A stretch of 64,000 bases of DNA from Bugula neritina (lineage: Eukaryota; Animalia; Bryozoa). Shown one piece after another: positions 35,283-51,200 of this stretch (position 1 is its first letter; the number at the start of each line of letters is the position of its first letter). The notes below the pieces were generated by a model. It worked only from the letters and a program-made list of their open reading frames with translations. It did not search any database and had not been told where the DNA came from. A program made the translations under genes and the position numbers. The DNA lies in contig OZ037772.1 in NCBI GenBank assembly GCA_964035545.1, positions 3,935,538 to 3,999,537 of the forward strand, written 5' to 3'.

Positions 35283-38255
35283 ACATACTATGCTATAGAT
35301 ATACTATGCTATAGATATACTATACTATAGATATACTATGCTATAGATATACTATGCTATAGATATACTATGCTATAGATATACTATGCTATAGATATAC
35401 TATACAGTACTAATATATAATATACTATACAGTACTAATATACATACTATACAGTACTAATATATTATATACTATACAGTACTAATATATATACTATACA
35501 GTACTAATATATTATATACTATACAGTACTAATATACATACTATGCTATAGATATACTATGCTATAGATATACTATACTATAGATATACTATGCTATAGA
35601 TATACTATGCTATAGATATACTATACTATAGATATACTATACTATAGATATACTATGCTATAGATATACTATACTATAGATATACTATGCTATAGATATA
35701 CTATACTATAGATATACTATACTATAGATATACTATACTGTAGATATACTATGCTATAGATATACTATAATATATATATACTATACTATAGAAATACTAT
35801 ATACTATACAGTACTAATATATTATATACTATACAGTACTAATATATATACTATACACAGTACTAATATATTATATACTATACAGTACTAATATATATAC
35901 TATACAGTACTAATATATTATATACTATACAGTACTAATATACATACTATGCTATAGATATACTATGCTATAGATATACTATGCTATAGATATACTATGC
36001 TATAGATATACTATACTATAGATATACTATGCTATAGATATACTATGCTATAGATATACTATACTATAGATATACTATACTATAGATATACTATGCTATA
36101 GATATACTATACTATAGATATACTATGCTATAGATATACTATGCTATAGATATACTATGCTATAGATATACTATGCTATAGATATACTATACAGTACTAA
36201 TATATAATATACTATACAGTACTAATATACATACTATACAGTACTAATATATTATATACTATACAGTACTAATATATATACTATACAGTACTAATATATT
36301 ATATACTATACAGTACTAATATACATACTATGCTATAGATATACTATGCTATAGATATACTATACTATAGATATACTATGCTATAGATATACTATGCTAT
36401 AGATATACTATACTATAGATATACTATACTATAGATATACTATGCTATAGATATACTATGCTATAGATATACTATGCTATAGATATACTATGCTATAGAT
36501 ATACTATACTATAGATATACTATGCTATAGATATACTATGCTATAGATATACTATACTATAGATATACTATACTATAGATATACTATGCTATAGATATAC
36601 TATACTATAGATATACTATGCTATAGATATACTATGCTATAGATATACTATGCTATAGATATACTATGCTATAGATATACTATACAGTACTAATATATAA
36701 TATACTATACAGTACTAATATACATACTATACAGTACTAATATATTATATACTATACAGTACTAATATATATACTATACAGTACTAATATATTATATACT
36801 ATACAGTACTAATATACATACTATGCTATAGATATACTATGCTATAGATATACTATACTATAGATATACTATGCTATAGATATACTATGCTATAGATATA
36901 CTATACTATAGATATACTATACTATAGATATACTATGCTATAGATATACTATACTATAGATATACTATGCTATAGATATACTATACTATAGATATACTAT
37001 GCTATAGATATACTATGCTATAGATATACTATACTATAGATATACTATACTATAGATATACTATGCTATAGATATACTATACTATAGATATACTATGCTA
37101 TAGATATACTATACTATAGATATACTATACTATAGATATACTATACTGTAGATATACTATGCTATAGATATACTATGCTATAGATATACTATGCTATAGA
37201 TATACTATGCTATAGATATACTATACAGTACTAATATATATACTATACACAGTACTAATATATTATATACTATACAGTACTAATATATATACTATACAGT
37301 ACTAATATATTATATACTATACAGTACTAATATACATACTATGCTATAGATATACTATGCTATAGATATACTATGCTATAGATATACTATGCTATAGATA
37401 TACTATACTATAGATATACTATGCTATAGATATACTATGCTATAGATATACTATACTATAGATATACTATACTATAGATATACTATGCTATAGATATACT
37501 ATGCTATAGATATACTATGCTATAGATATACTATGCTATAGATATACTATACTATAGATATACTATGCTATAGATATACTATGCTATAGATATACTATAC
37601 TATAGATATACTATGCTATAGATATACTATAATATATATATACTATACTATAGATATACTATGCTATAGATATACTATACTATAGATATACTATGCTATA
37701 GATATACTATACAGTACTAATATATAATATACTATACAGTACTAATATATTATATACTATACAGTACTAATATATATACTATACAGTACTAATATATTAT
37801 ATACTATACAGTACTAATATACATACTATGCTATAGATATACTATGCTATATATACTATGCTATAGATATACTATGCTATAGATATACTATGCTATAGAT
37901 ATACTATAATATATATATACTATACTATAGATATACTATGCTATAGATATACTATACTATAGATATACTATGCTATAGATATACTATACAGTACTAATAT
38001 ATATACTATACAGTACTAATATATATATACTATACAGTACTAATATATATACTATACAGTACTAATATATATACTATACAGTACTAATATATACATACTA
38101 TACAGTACAACTATATATACTATACAGTACTAATATATATACTACACACAGTATTATTAGATATACTATACAGTACTAATAGATATACTATACAGTACTA
38201 ATATATATACTATACACAGTACTAATATATTATATACTATACATAATATATAATA
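35283..38255. repeat. Compound AT-rich minisatellite (15-bp TATAGATATACTATR-type blocks alternating with TACTATACAGTACTAATATA-type blocks) filling ValRS intron 12
   Basis: Direct reading; the paralogous intron 55718-55975 has only ~240 bp of the same units. Confidence 0.95.
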
Positions 38256-40187
38256 CAAGTACCTCTACAGCCTTGGCTGCTATATCGTCACATGCCACAT
38301 ATCACTGTGGTTTGGCTATCGGCTCAATGATATCTTTAGATCGACTATAACACAAGAGACCACGGTGTGGAGGTCATTGTTACCAGACAGACACACATAG
38401 TAACAGTTAAACTCAACAGCATTGTAAAATATAGTGGATATGTTAATGGAGCTATTCTTTAGGAGAACAAGAGAGGACAACTTTTATTACATTGAGATCT
38501 GCAGCTATGAGTCATTTTACTTAATTTAGCAGACAGAGCCATATACCTCTAGCTTTTAGCTATTGTTCACAGTTGAGCTGCTAATTCAACATTTTAATGT
38601 AAGAAACTTTACACATTAGCAGCTAAACTGTGAAAAATAGCTAAGAACCAGATATATTAAGTTGACTAATTGTGAAACAGCCAAAATAGGAAAATAAGAC
38701 CTTGTAGTGCAGTGAGCAAGGCAAGTTCAAGCCATACAACTTTAACATGTTGCATTACAGAAGAAAGACCTGCTTCATTTTGGTAAATAACTATAAGTAA
38801 TATTGGGAGTTACGCCACTTATGAGTAACAACATGGAGTTGTGTTTCTTTTCTGTTTCTGCTTACAAATGTCACCTGCTCACACCTGTCACCTGTACACA
38901 CCTGTCACCTGTACACAAATGGTATTAAACCACTAAAACCTATGTAGATCAATATTTTCTTGCTATTAAGTTGACTAATTGTGAAACAGCCAAAATAGGA
39001 AAATAAGACCTTGTAGTGCAGTGAGCAAGGCAAGTTCAAGCCATACAACTTTAACATTGCTATAGATGTATTCAAGTATTATTTCATACTTGACATTTTG
39101 TATGCTATACCACTACAATATAATATACTACAGATATAGCATCCTGCTTCCCTGCAACCTTAGTTAGAGCTTAATATTGTTTTGTATTGAATACTTCCAT
39201 GTATTCTATCTTTTCCCCATTTATAATATGTCTTTTCTTCCATACATAGTGTATGCCTACTATATAGAATAACAGTAACATTAAATAGACACACACTTAC
39301 AAGGTTATACACCATGATACAGGACATACAACTAATTATTGGAGATGGTACAACATTAGCCCTAAAAGTATACTTCCACATATATGATGTTTCGCAACAG
39401 GACTTCTAGCCTAAGGATTATAGCACTTTGCTCTTTAGCTATAAGATACTTATCACTTTCGTACCCTTACCTTTTATGTTGAGTGACGGAGCTCTGGCTA
39501 CAAGAAGTAAGCAATGAGAGAACCTTCTGTCTAAACGTGGCAGATTTGGTACAGGATTCCAGATCTCTTGTACACTAGATTCCGTCGTAAGCAGATGTGA
39601 CTGAAAAGAAGAATAATACCGGTAAGTGTGATACCAACTATCAACGCGTTATAGTTATACACATGTAGAAGATTCTAATTGTATGCATACCCTGTGTTAT
39701 ATTAGGTATTTAGTAGTTGAAAACCCCCAATACTCAATATAACATAGTGATTCTAGAATGAGGTAGGGAGGGTGTTATGCCCCTCCCTGTGACTTTATAT
39801 GTTGAGAGACTGTTGTTAATCTAGTAATTCTGTTGGTGCTACATTTTTGAATTTATTTAATCCAATCATTTCTCTAATATTGCAAAATATATTTTACCAT
39901 ACAGCACTACACAACTTATTTCTCAGCTTGTAAATTTCATCATCAAAATTATTATAGTACTAAAGTTGGTCACAGATTTCTGAAAAGCTGCAGTTTTCAG
40001 ATCTGATAGTTTAACCTATTCATCCTGAAATGAGACATTGTTAGTTTAAAATGGAATTTTACATATATTTTAGTTACTTAGTTCCAACTGTGTGGACCAT
40101 ATCAACATGTTAAATTTTACTAATTGGCTGCTATGAAGTATATAAGCAAATGGCATTAAGTTATTAATATATAGTGAAGTTTGCAAA

Positions 40188-40560
40188 GACTTAATATACC
40201 AAGCAACTGTGACAAGACATGACAATAACTCCAGCCAATCATACATAGGACTTTGTTCAACTACCTTCAAAGCCAGACTCAACAACCATAAAGCCTCTTT
40301 CCTACATGCAGATAAAGCCAACAACACACAACTCAGCAGACACATCCGGAATTTAGAACAAAAAACAACACGAAATTCAGCCTAAAGTGGATCATTTTAA
40401 AAATTATTTGTATATCATACTCAAAACCTAATCAACAGATGTAACTTATGTAGCTATGAGAAATATGAAATTTTGAAACAATCAGAGTTATCCACTCTCA
40501 ACAAACGCAGCGAGCGAAGTGTGAGAATTCCATGCTAGTGACCTGCCACACACAGTGCGT
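40188..40560 (+). mobile_element. Penelope-like retroelement fragment (GIY-YIG endonuclease)
   Basis: DLIYQATVTRHDNNSSQSYIGLCSTTFKARLNNHKASF..TQLSRHI, then after frameshifts NRCNLCSYEK..LNKRSE. Confidence 0.8.
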
Positions 40561-40874
40561 GTGTTGCGAGTGCAAAATATTATTAGCAAATGATGTTAGC
40601 GTTAAACTTTACTGCTCGCCTACAGACGTTTGTTTTTAAACAGCGTCACCGGGCAAAGTAATTTGGATATTATAAAAGCGGAAATGCAAAATATATAAAA
40701 CTGTTTTAATTCAGCTCGCTAGAAGTTGAATAGTAAATTACAATAAAAATAATTTGATAAGTTTTGCTGTAAATTTGTTTCCCCAACCAGCATATGTCAG
40801 TAAAATATAAAAGTTCAACATTTAGGCATGCAGTGATATATAATATTATAAAGCATATTATGTTGGTGACATGT

Positions 40875-41670
40875 AATACAGTATATTATGTTATACAGTG
40901 TATAATGTCATACAGTATATTATGTAATACAGTATATTATGTTATACAGTATACTATGTTATACAGTATTCTATGTTATACAGTATACTATGTTATACAG
41001 TATACTATGTTATACAGTATACTATGTTATACAGTATAATATGTTATACAGTATACTATGTTATACAGTATACTATGTTATACAGTATATACTATGTTAT
41101 ACAGTATATACTATGTTATACAGTATACTATGTTATACAGTATACTATGTTATACAGTATACTATGTTATACAGTATATTATGTTATACAGTATACTATG
41201 TTATACAGTATACTATGTTATACAGTATACTATGTTATACAGTATACTATGTTATACAGTATATACTATGTTATACAGTATATACTATGTTATACAGTAT
41301 ATACTATGTTATACAGTATATACTATGTTATACAGTATACTATGTTATACAGTATACTATGTTATACAGTATACTATGTTATACAGTATACTATGTTATA
41401 CAGTATACTATGTTATACAGTATACTATGTTATACAGTATATTATGTTATACAGTATACTATGTTATACAGTATACTATGTTATACAGTATACTATGTTA
41501 TACAGTATACTATGTTATACAGTATACTATGTTATACAGTATACTATGTTATACAGTATACTATGTTATACAGTATACTATGTTATACAGTATACTATGT
41601 TATACAGTATATTATGTTATACAGTATACTATGTTATACAGTATACTATGTTATACAGTATATTATGTTA
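40875..41670. repeat. 17-bp minisatellite, copy B (~47 units)
   Basis: Same unit as 2650-5625. Confidence 0.97.
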
Positions 41671-41831
41671 TAATAATCAACATACAAATGAGATGCTCTT
41701 GTCAGTCTATAATGATGAATATTATACACTGGAACTGGGTTACTCTCTCACCTCCCCTCACCTTAGCTCAGCTGGACCAGATCTTCCCATTTTCCATTTT
41801 CATTGGAATGACATAATTGAAAAAGTTAAAG

Positions 41832-42153
41832 CAGTGGCTCCAACCTTAGGAGAATTCCCCTTGCAGGGAATGTGGACTTTTTAGGGGGTTTCGTTTCACA
41901 CAGTTTGTTACCAGCTTTGAACTCTTGCTTTGTTTTCAAGATTACATGTACTGCATATGTATAACTGCAACTCCTCCATAATCATAATCTTATATTATAA
42001 TCAAATATACTAGAACAAGTATATAGACCTATACTGTATATTATAATTTTCATCATAGTTATATAAATTTCATTTTTAGAAAGAAGGGAAATTAATAGTA
42101 AACAGTTATGGAAGGGGAGATGATATGGTACATGAAAAGGTTTGGAACCACTG
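41832..42153. mobile_element. Short hAT/Charlie-like MITE
   Basis: CAGTGGCTCCAACC ... GGTTTGGAACCACTG termini, related to the element at 21964-22580. Confidence 0.5.
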
Positions 42154-42574
42154 AGCTAGAGGAACCACCATACCTCTACCATAGCATCACATCCCTCTGC
42201 CATCTTGATTGCAGCCTGCCAGTTAAGAAAATTCAGGATTAATCAGATATTCAGTGATGTCGCTGAATATGCTAGTACTAAACAGCTCAACTTAAACATA
42301 ATAAAAATATTTTACATAACGAAAGTACAAACAAAAAGATGCAAGTGCTAGCTGACACTCAAGACTACTAATAAGAGACAAAGTCCTTGTAAAGATTTTG
42401 CTACTATAGAGGACATTGACGTTATCGGTATTTTTGTAATTTGAAAATATACATTCTAAATTAGCTCAATTGAAAAATATGTACACTTGCTGCCCTGTAT
42501 AATTTTTTAGATTTCAACCTTAGAGTTGTCTCTCTTCGACACAATATAGCGATCGGCTCACTGAATGCAACATT

Positions 42575-42752
42575 CCTTTGACGTGATTATTATAGAGTCG
42601 AGTCGAGTGACGTGTAATAATCCTTCTGCGCGCAGAACTTCCTCGTTATTTTGGTTTTATTGTGCCTCATCTTAGTTACTACTTACTAGTAATAAATACT
42701 AGTTACCAAGTTTCTTACCAGTTTACAGACTGACACTATTGACTCTCGTGAG
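42575..42752 (+). promoter_or_regulatory. Candidate promoter and non-coding first exon of TRIM paralogue B
   Basis: Local CpG enrichment, two TGACGTG motifs, palindrome TTCTGCGCGCAGAA, then donor GAG|GTGAG at 42752. The ATG exon is preceded by an acceptor, so an upstream exon is expected. Confidence 0.4.
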
Positions 42753-45228
42753 GTGAGAGCAGTTTGAGTCATCTCATCATTTCTCAAATTTTATCAGGTA
42801 CTCGTACTTTAATACTTGCAGTTAGATTTACTATTTTACTTTTACTTTTAGTATTTACTATTTTAGTATTTAGTATTTTACTATTTTAATTCTAGATTTA
42901 CTTTTACTTTTAGTTTTAGTTTTACTTTTAGCCTTTAGGCTTTAGGTTTAAGTCTAGGCTTATAACTTATATAATATCAATATAGGATTAAGCTTAACAC
43001 TACGTTATATTTAAATTATAAGTTGTATAAATTAAAATTCTTACAGTTGATGTTATAATATTAATTAAATATAATTGTTTCTCTTTCAGTCTTTGATTTG
43101 AAATTTACAATAGACATAGTAATACCATAGCTCATAGGCATATGATCTATAATTAATTAATTATAATGATTTATCGAATAATATAAATATGAATATCGTA
43201 TTAATGATATTAAATTTATTATTATTATAAAAAATTTAATCGACTTCAAGTTTAGGTTCAAGTTTTAATACTGAAAAATTGATCTTCTAGTAGTAGTACT
43301 AGTACTACTACTACTACTACTACTACTATTCATATTGTGCCTCATCTCAGTTAGGCCTACTAGTTACCAAGTGTCCGACCAGTTTACTGACTTAACACTA
43401 TTGACTCTCGTGAGGTGAGAGCATTTTGAGTCATCTCATCATTTCTTAAATTAATCAGGTACTTTACTACTTACAGTTTCCGTTAGATTTACTAATTACT
43501 TTGTCTTTTAGACTAAGAGTACTACAATATGACTATGAGTATGACTATGAGTATAGACTATAGTGTATACTATTACTATTAGTATTAGTATTACTATTAG
43601 TATTAGTATTACTATTATAATTTGTATTGTTGTACGAGTAATTAGTATTATCATTCTTTCACTCATTGCACTACATTTACTATAACTATAAGTATAATTA
43701 TAACTATAAACTTAAAGTGTAAGTTACTATATTAATATTACTGCACTACTATAATTGTCAGTATTACTTTTAGCGTTGCAGTTGGTCTTACTGCCAGTGC
43801 CAGGTCTGCTACCAACATCATTAAATTTAGTTATAATGATAATATTGCCATTCGTGATTATCCCACAATATTATTGATTATCGACATAGCTCGACTTTGT
43901 TAAGTCAATATTTGACAAGTTGGTTTTATAATGCTAATACCAATAGGTTTATTATAACCAGTGAGTCGCTTATTTTTACTTTGTGAATTTATGATTGTAG
44001 CATTATCATACTTATAATATTTATTGCAAATTTTTGAATTAATGTTACACTTACTCAATTTGAATATCAGAATATCTTACCACTGGCACTAGTCAGTTAT
44101 TAATTAATGACAGTGCATAGTGATCACTGCATGTGATACATTGTCATACCCTGCACATCCCAATGCACTGCCCTTCTGGATTCATTGTGAATAGCGTATT
44201 CGGTTGGCTTATATTATTTTACTCAGCGTTGATTATACAACTAACATGTACTACACTGCTCTAATTTATGTAACAATGCTTGCTAGTTGCTGCTATCTTT
44301 ACCTCTATATTTCTGTCATTCAAAGACTAATTACATAATAGGTACATAATTGGAATTTGACTATTCTATAAATTACTGAGAATATAAGGTTAGCCACATT
44401 TATATGATGTACTCTTGTTGTAGACATAAAATATGAGGTTAGTGTTGATAAATCATTTGCTAGGTAAGAGTGTAGAATAAATAATTGACTAGAGATGAGT
44501 GTAGAAGCTGCCAACTCATGAAACAACTGCACCTGACCTAACAGAAGCACAAACATGTTAGATTAGTATGTTCCACACCACCATAGTTTCTATTGGATGA
44601 TTAGAATAGCAAACTAGCCGTTGATGGCTTTTTCCCTGGCTGGTGGAAGGATGACTCTAAGTAACATATTAATATCTTGGTGTGTTAGTGGATCAGAATT
44701 TGAGCCCACGCAATGTATCTAGCCCAAAAATGGGCAGGTAACATTGTAAAACTGGCTGATATCTTTGAATGAGGGGATAAGCAGCGTAGCCCAATTGTGC
44801 TGTTTGTTCATAAAAGTAATACATAACTCACTGGTATTCATGTTTCACTTCTCTATATATTAAAAACAATTGAATAGTGGTGTTCAATAGAAGTAGAATA
44901 ATAGTGTTCACTGAAGCACACAACATTGCTTCATATTTATTGTATAAGGAGTTTGAGTCACCAGCAAAAACCTATTCAGTGATTACAATGGAAACAATAC
45001 AGCCTTTGTTAGAGAGTTAAAGCTGTGAGCTCAGCATGTTGTAGCTGACTATCATGTATACCAGTCTTATTAACTGCCTTTGTTTAACATTATTCTTCAT
45101 GTCTTTATTTTGTATGGTTTATTGTTAATGGTTAAGTCTTTGATTTGGAAACCTTCACAGATGTAGTGTGAAATATTATGCTAAGAGTATGTGTATCTTT
45201 TACAGGATTTCCTTATTATATAACCAAG

Positions 45229-48200
45229 ATGGCAGAATCCAGAGTTGTGAAAAAGAGACTAAACAATTCGTATCGCTGTGGGTACTGCTCGCAGTACTTC
45301 AACAAACTTGAAGATCCCAGAACTCTGCCCTGTCTGCATGTGTACTGCATGAGATGTTTGAAGACTGACATCGGTGGTAGGAAGGATCATATCAGATGTG
45401 CTTATTGTAGGTGAGTTACAGTACATAACACAATATATCATGTCATAGGCTTGCATATGATTTTCTCACTCTCATCTAGGAGTTGTCTGATCTATGTCTA
45501 TGAAAAGCAAACAATACTGTATATTCTATGTGAACTCTGGTTACTAACTTGTGGAGTGTGTGGATATCTTTTCATCAGGTAGAGAAAGTAACTGTTATGT
45601 AGATTGCACCATCAGCTGTCCTCTCTTGTTGAATTGTGGTACTGTTAGATGTCATGGGATTGGGGTTGTCTCCTCACTATATTATTTTGTTCTCATACAG
45701 TACAAGACTTGTTAGACCAACCTTTTTCATATCATCCCCACTTTCATAAATGTTTACTATTAATTATCCCCCCTTTAAAAAACGAAAAAATTTATGACTG
45801 ACATAATGATAATATAGATTACTATGCAATATTTTTCCTATTACATTTGAATATAATATAGTTATTTCTGATAATTATATTATGCATGTATAAAACACAG
45901 AGCAGTTCAATTATTAATATTATGGCTGCAGCTGATGACAGTGTACCAGCTTGCTTTCAAACCTCCCACCCCAACCCCTAAACCCCAACCCCAATATTGT
46001 AATTAAAACACATTCATGTAGAAGTAGACTGAGATGGCAGAATTGGTTAAATAGATAAGCTAAGATGAAGGCTTATAGATATACATGTACATGTAACTTG
46101 CAAGAGCTCAAAAGTCTTTAAGAAACTGCTTGAAATTTTTAAAATCGAAATCCAGGCTCGCCCTAAAAAGCCCAAAATTCCCTCTTATAGGGGGATTCTC
46201 CCAAGTTGGGAACTACTGTGTTGAATTGACTTGTGTTTACTATTTCTTTCCTGCAATTAGAAATATGTATGATGTTGTCATGACAACAGAGTTGCTGTGG
46301 CACAAAGTATAGTTTACTAGTATGTAGTGATTGTGTAGTGAGAGTGGAGTGTCTGGTTATTGTCCATGGTTATGTGTAATCTGTAAGGAATAGAATTATA
46401 TTATTTTAATATAATGTTGAGAGAGGTACTTTTATAATGGCAGTTTGCTAAACAGCTTTAGTTCTAATGCGATAGACTCATAGCTCTGGAGTCTAGCAGC
46501 TGCTACTATTACCACTAGCTGTTCAAAATTCGACCAACATCCGGGCTGCCAAAGTGTAATAGCCATTGACAAGGCCAAGCAGTCACTGGGAAATTATTTG
46601 ACTAAAGAGCAGGTGTTATGACAATTAGACAGGAATCAGTGATTCTGTGACCTATTTAGTTAAATCCAATGCTGACCTTTTGATTGATTATTAGATAGCC
46701 ATCACAATTTTATTTGGTACAATATAATATTATGGGGTGTCAATCAGTGTCTAATATAATCTGTGAATTGAGTGTCTACTTTAGTTGTTACTTCTTCTAC
46801 CATCAGTCAGTTGTATTGAGTGTTACTCTGTATTGAGTCATTAATAGTGTTGAGGATTTGGGCCTATATTATGCCACCCCCCCTCTCTGACTTAGACTGA
46901 GACCCAACCTGCTGCACATACATAGTAGTACTACACTGAAGATAGTTAACATGTGTATGTGTCATCCTACTAGTAATGGATTACTAAGTACAACTTATCC
47001 TACGACTCCCTCTTTTTATGCTAGCTGCACGAGATAGGCAACTCACGCGTGACACGCACTCACAGTGCACTAGCTCTTGAAACATTGCCAAGGATGATGA
47101 AATGACAGTTTCGCGTCACTCCTAGCAGTTAGAGTGGCAGGGAATAGTTGTAGTATGTTGTAGTATTGGCTCTTCAGAATTCACTCCTCAGTAATTAGTT
47201 GCATTGCACAAACTTGCAACAAAAGTGAATAAATATTGACAATATGGCCTCCACTCAGTAGTTAACTAGTATTTTGTCTTGTCATTTTACAATACAAGTT
47301 ACAGTTGAGTCTATTTGTTGAGTAGCAGTTCTTTGTCATGAGTGACTATTTTACAGCATATTAGGTACATAATATAGTCAAGTGTGTTTATGTGATAGCC
47401 TGTGGTCTATATAATGAATGTGTGTTGATGAGTGATGAGTATTTATTTGAGTATTTGTCAAGGACACAGCTGTGTGTGTGGATGGAGTATTTCATTACTT
47501 GAGATATACTAAACACAGGTAACACAGGTAACATACTGATTGCTATATATTGTAGGAAAGATCACTATGACATCACGGATCCCACAACACTACCAGTAGC
47601 TCAGCATGGAGACCCCTTAGAATACAAGTCTCCACCCAAACCTGCACCCATTCCCTGCGATGTGTGTAAAGGTGGAACACAAGCTGCTGTGTTCTGTGTC
47701 GACAGTCAAAAGAAATTGTGTCAGCAGCATCAAGAAGTGAGTCTTTCTTATGTCATGTCTCAAGATTAGTTACTAAACCAGTTCTGGTTTGTATGTAGAA
47801 TATTATTGAAAAGAAATGTTGAGTCTGTGTGACTTTTTATACTAAACACACAGTTTCACAGTGCAGTGAGTCAACTATGACAGACTTGTTGGTGAAAATA
47901 CAACCAACTAAACTGTTGACCTTTATTATACAGAATCACAGAGAGCTGATGGGAGATAGACATCAGTTTATTGACATCGAGGTCTACAGAGCTTCTCCCC
48001 AAAGATATACTATAACTGAATGTGAACATCATAAACAGGAACAGCTGACAGAAGTGTGTTCCAAGTGTCACCAGATATTCTGTATGAGATGTGATATGAG
48101 GACTGGCTGTAAGGATAAGACTGCAGGTATTTACTTGTTGTTTCTATTTCTGTAGGAAGAAACTGAGAAATATTACAAGAACCTGTTATTTTATTATCTT

Positions 48201-51200
48201 ATTATTAAAGTGAGTTATGTAACAGTAAAAGAGGAAGTAAGTTTGTCAGCATTAAGGTTTGTGTGAGACAGAAGTGGATAGTGCAGGAGTTTATATTCTC
48301 ACTGTTATGTTGAATATTTAGTATATTTCATCCTTCAAGTGTCTGTTTCCTTGATAAGATGGTATAGGCATAGCTTTAACTCAGTTGTGTCCCACCTTTT
48401 TCATACCCTTCCCCTTTTTATAAATGTTTTCTATTAAGTTTCCCCCCTTTTGAGAAACACTGTAACTATTCATAAAGAAAATCAGGGTACAGATTTTTTC
48501 CAGAAAAGGCCAGTGTGTTTGACATGGACCAGTGTCTGCCACAACTTCAGTTTAGCTTTGAAAGCATTGATGCTGGTATCAAAAGCAGTGAGTTGATAAT
48601 TATACTCATTCATTTTAGCTTCAGGTGTTTTAGTACAGCAAATATATCTACTAGGTATGCAGTAAATAGTTTGTGGCGATCAGTTCTACTGACTGCAAAA
48701 ACTTCCTGTTGGTTTTTACTTTCAATAAACCTTTCAGCCTCCATTCGTAGTAGGAGGGGGGGGGGTAGCAGCTAGGGTAGAGTGAATATTAGACACATGG
48801 ATGTAGAAGTAAACTTAGATTGTAGAGTGTAATGTGGATAAATAAATGAACTACATAAAATAAAGTAGTTATAATTATACATAATCATGTAACCTGGAAC
48901 ACAAGGCAAGAGCTCAAAAAGCTGGTAACAAACTCTGTGAAATTTTAGAAATGAAAACTCCTAAAAAACTCAAATTTCCTGTGAAGGGGAAATTCCCCAA
49001 GGTTGAGAGCAACTGCTTTAATTTTTTCAACTATTTCATTCCAAGTGCTGTGAATATCAATTACATCTTTCTAGTCCAAGTTCAACTGTCTAGTTATTAC
49101 ATAGTATGTGTGTAGTGATACATCATCAACCTGTAGTTACAGGTAGTAGGTGTAGGATAAGTACAATGTCATATCTGAAATGCTTTTATAAATAGTGTGA
49201 TTTTATGTATACAGAGGAGACAGTAGCATCCCATGACTTGGCATCTTTGAGTGATTTGTCTTGTGAGTTACGAGAAAGTCTGACTGGTGGAATAGAGACT
49301 CTGTCTGAGAAAGTTGCAGAGTTGAATGACATCTCAAAGGATGCCTGGAAAGAACTGAGTAAAATAGAAGATGAAGTGAGGAAGATGGTTGCCAGAGTAA
49401 ACGCTGTAGCTGACACTCAGGTATGCTGACATGGTGATGTCATCTAATGTATTTCTGTTTGACTGAAATTAGGTTTTGCATTTGGTTTTCGAGCTGTAAA
49501 TAGAAATGAATTTCATTTGCCACTAGAATTAATTGGCCATTAAAGTATTATCATTCTGTGTACAAGTAGCAGTAGTTATTCATCTCATGTTACTCAGTGC
49601 AGAGGAACCTGTCAATACAGATGACTCACTCATCCTTCTGCAACTGTCAATCACTCACACAGAGAGGTTGGCTGTGTGAGTGATTGACAGGTGTCAGGAG
49701 GAGGAGACTAGTCACGTGATGTACTAGCTCTCTGCTGTGTATAGAGTGTCACGTGACTGAGTCATTGTCCACTCAGTGGGTGATCTGTCACTTTCATTTC
49801 AAGTGCAGAGGTTGTGAGGTGCAGATGTGGTTACACTGTGTTACTATTTATTAGATAGAAGAGATTAGAAAGAGAGCTACAAACCTGAGGCTAGAAATAT
49901 ATGGATATTTGAAGAGCTGCACACAGATAGTGGATAATTATAGAATAGAGCTGGCCTTGAGTAAGACAATGGGCAGACAGTCTCTGCTGGACACAGTACA
50001 GCATGCAGTTGATAAGTTCAATGATGCAGGGATTGTGAGAGACTACAAAGAGATGAGTGAGAAGATGGAAAAGGCGTCAGATGTTGGTGTAATAGAGAAG
50101 TGTGTACTTCCAGACAGCATCTTGGTACCAACATGTAGGTGGAGTCTATAAATAGTAACACTAACTATAAATAACTTTCTGCTTGTAATCAGTTGAATTG
50201 CTTTCACTGAATATTTTAATAGTAGAATAAGTAGATAGAGTTTATTTATTAGAGATTGAGTTTTGTTCTACTCTCACATTATGAGACATTTCTGCAGTGT
50301 TTCAGAGTTTATGATGTATAAGTGAGCTGCTAAACTGTGTTATGCTGACTACCTGCTGTCAGTATTAACAAGATATTCTCACTTAGACCTGTGCATCACG
50401 CAGCAACTTGTAGTAACTACAGACTGATTGTATCTAAAACATCTTTTACTTTTAAGTTTGAAAAGCTGTTCCCACCTCCTCAGGTGATGAGATTCTCAAG
50501 TTATAGAATTGTTATTTTGTTGTTGCAGACAGTGAAGACAGTCTGGGACTGAAGCTGCTGCAGCCACCATCTTCTCTACAGTTTGATGGACTTCCTGTAC
50601 GTGACTCGTGTATCTCAGTAAACATCTCAGCTGATGGACATCTCATGTGTCAGACACTAGAAGGTGTAGAAGTAATAAATAGAGACACTCTGGATACTAT
50701 CAGCTCAGTGAAGGACACCAACACTACAGGGTGGTGGGAGATAATCCAACCTGAAGGGGTGATGGTTGGCAGCTCGTATAACGAAGAGGAGGAAACGGCT
50801 GAAGTCTCACTTCTTGATCCGAACTCCTTTGAGAAGACTCGCTCTCTCTACAAGCAGCCATTAGATGTACCCGCTTACCATAGAATAGCTCAGCATGACT
50901 CACTGCTCTATATTGTAGACAATATAGAGAAGCAGCTGGTAGTCTGTAACCTAGTTGACAATAAAATACTGAAGTTCCCACTTCCTGAGATGAAGAACCC
51001 TCGTCCTGTATGCATCCTCCCAGACTCAACTCTCCTCATAGGAGACTTCACTACAGATGGTAAAGTTAGAAGATATAAAGTGGAGAACACAACTCTCACT
51101 CTGATGTGGGAGTTTCCTCGCATCTCAGACCCATCTGGTATTTCCTTTGATCCAACATCTGAACTGATTCACATCTGTACACTGAGAGGACCTCTCCTCA

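Larger units (their letters stand above)
30679..38344 (-). pseudogene. VARS1: Valyl-tRNA synthetase exons 12-15 in copy A (38263-38344, 35112-35273, 32599-32704, 30679-30872)
   Basis: [77 protein letters not shown] at 38302-38304; one Phe missing from DILFFW. Confidence 0.92.
2000..39058. repeat. Segmental duplication, copy A (collagen 3' end, 17-bp satellite, TRIM gene, ValRS exons)
   Basis: Collinear high identity with 39764-56950: 2000-2075 = 39764-39840, 2510-2650 = 40750-40880, 16797-17400 = 42657-43310, TRIM exons and introns, ValRS exons 12-14. The right end 38510-39058 is a reshuffled copy of 56220-56950. Confidence 0.9.
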
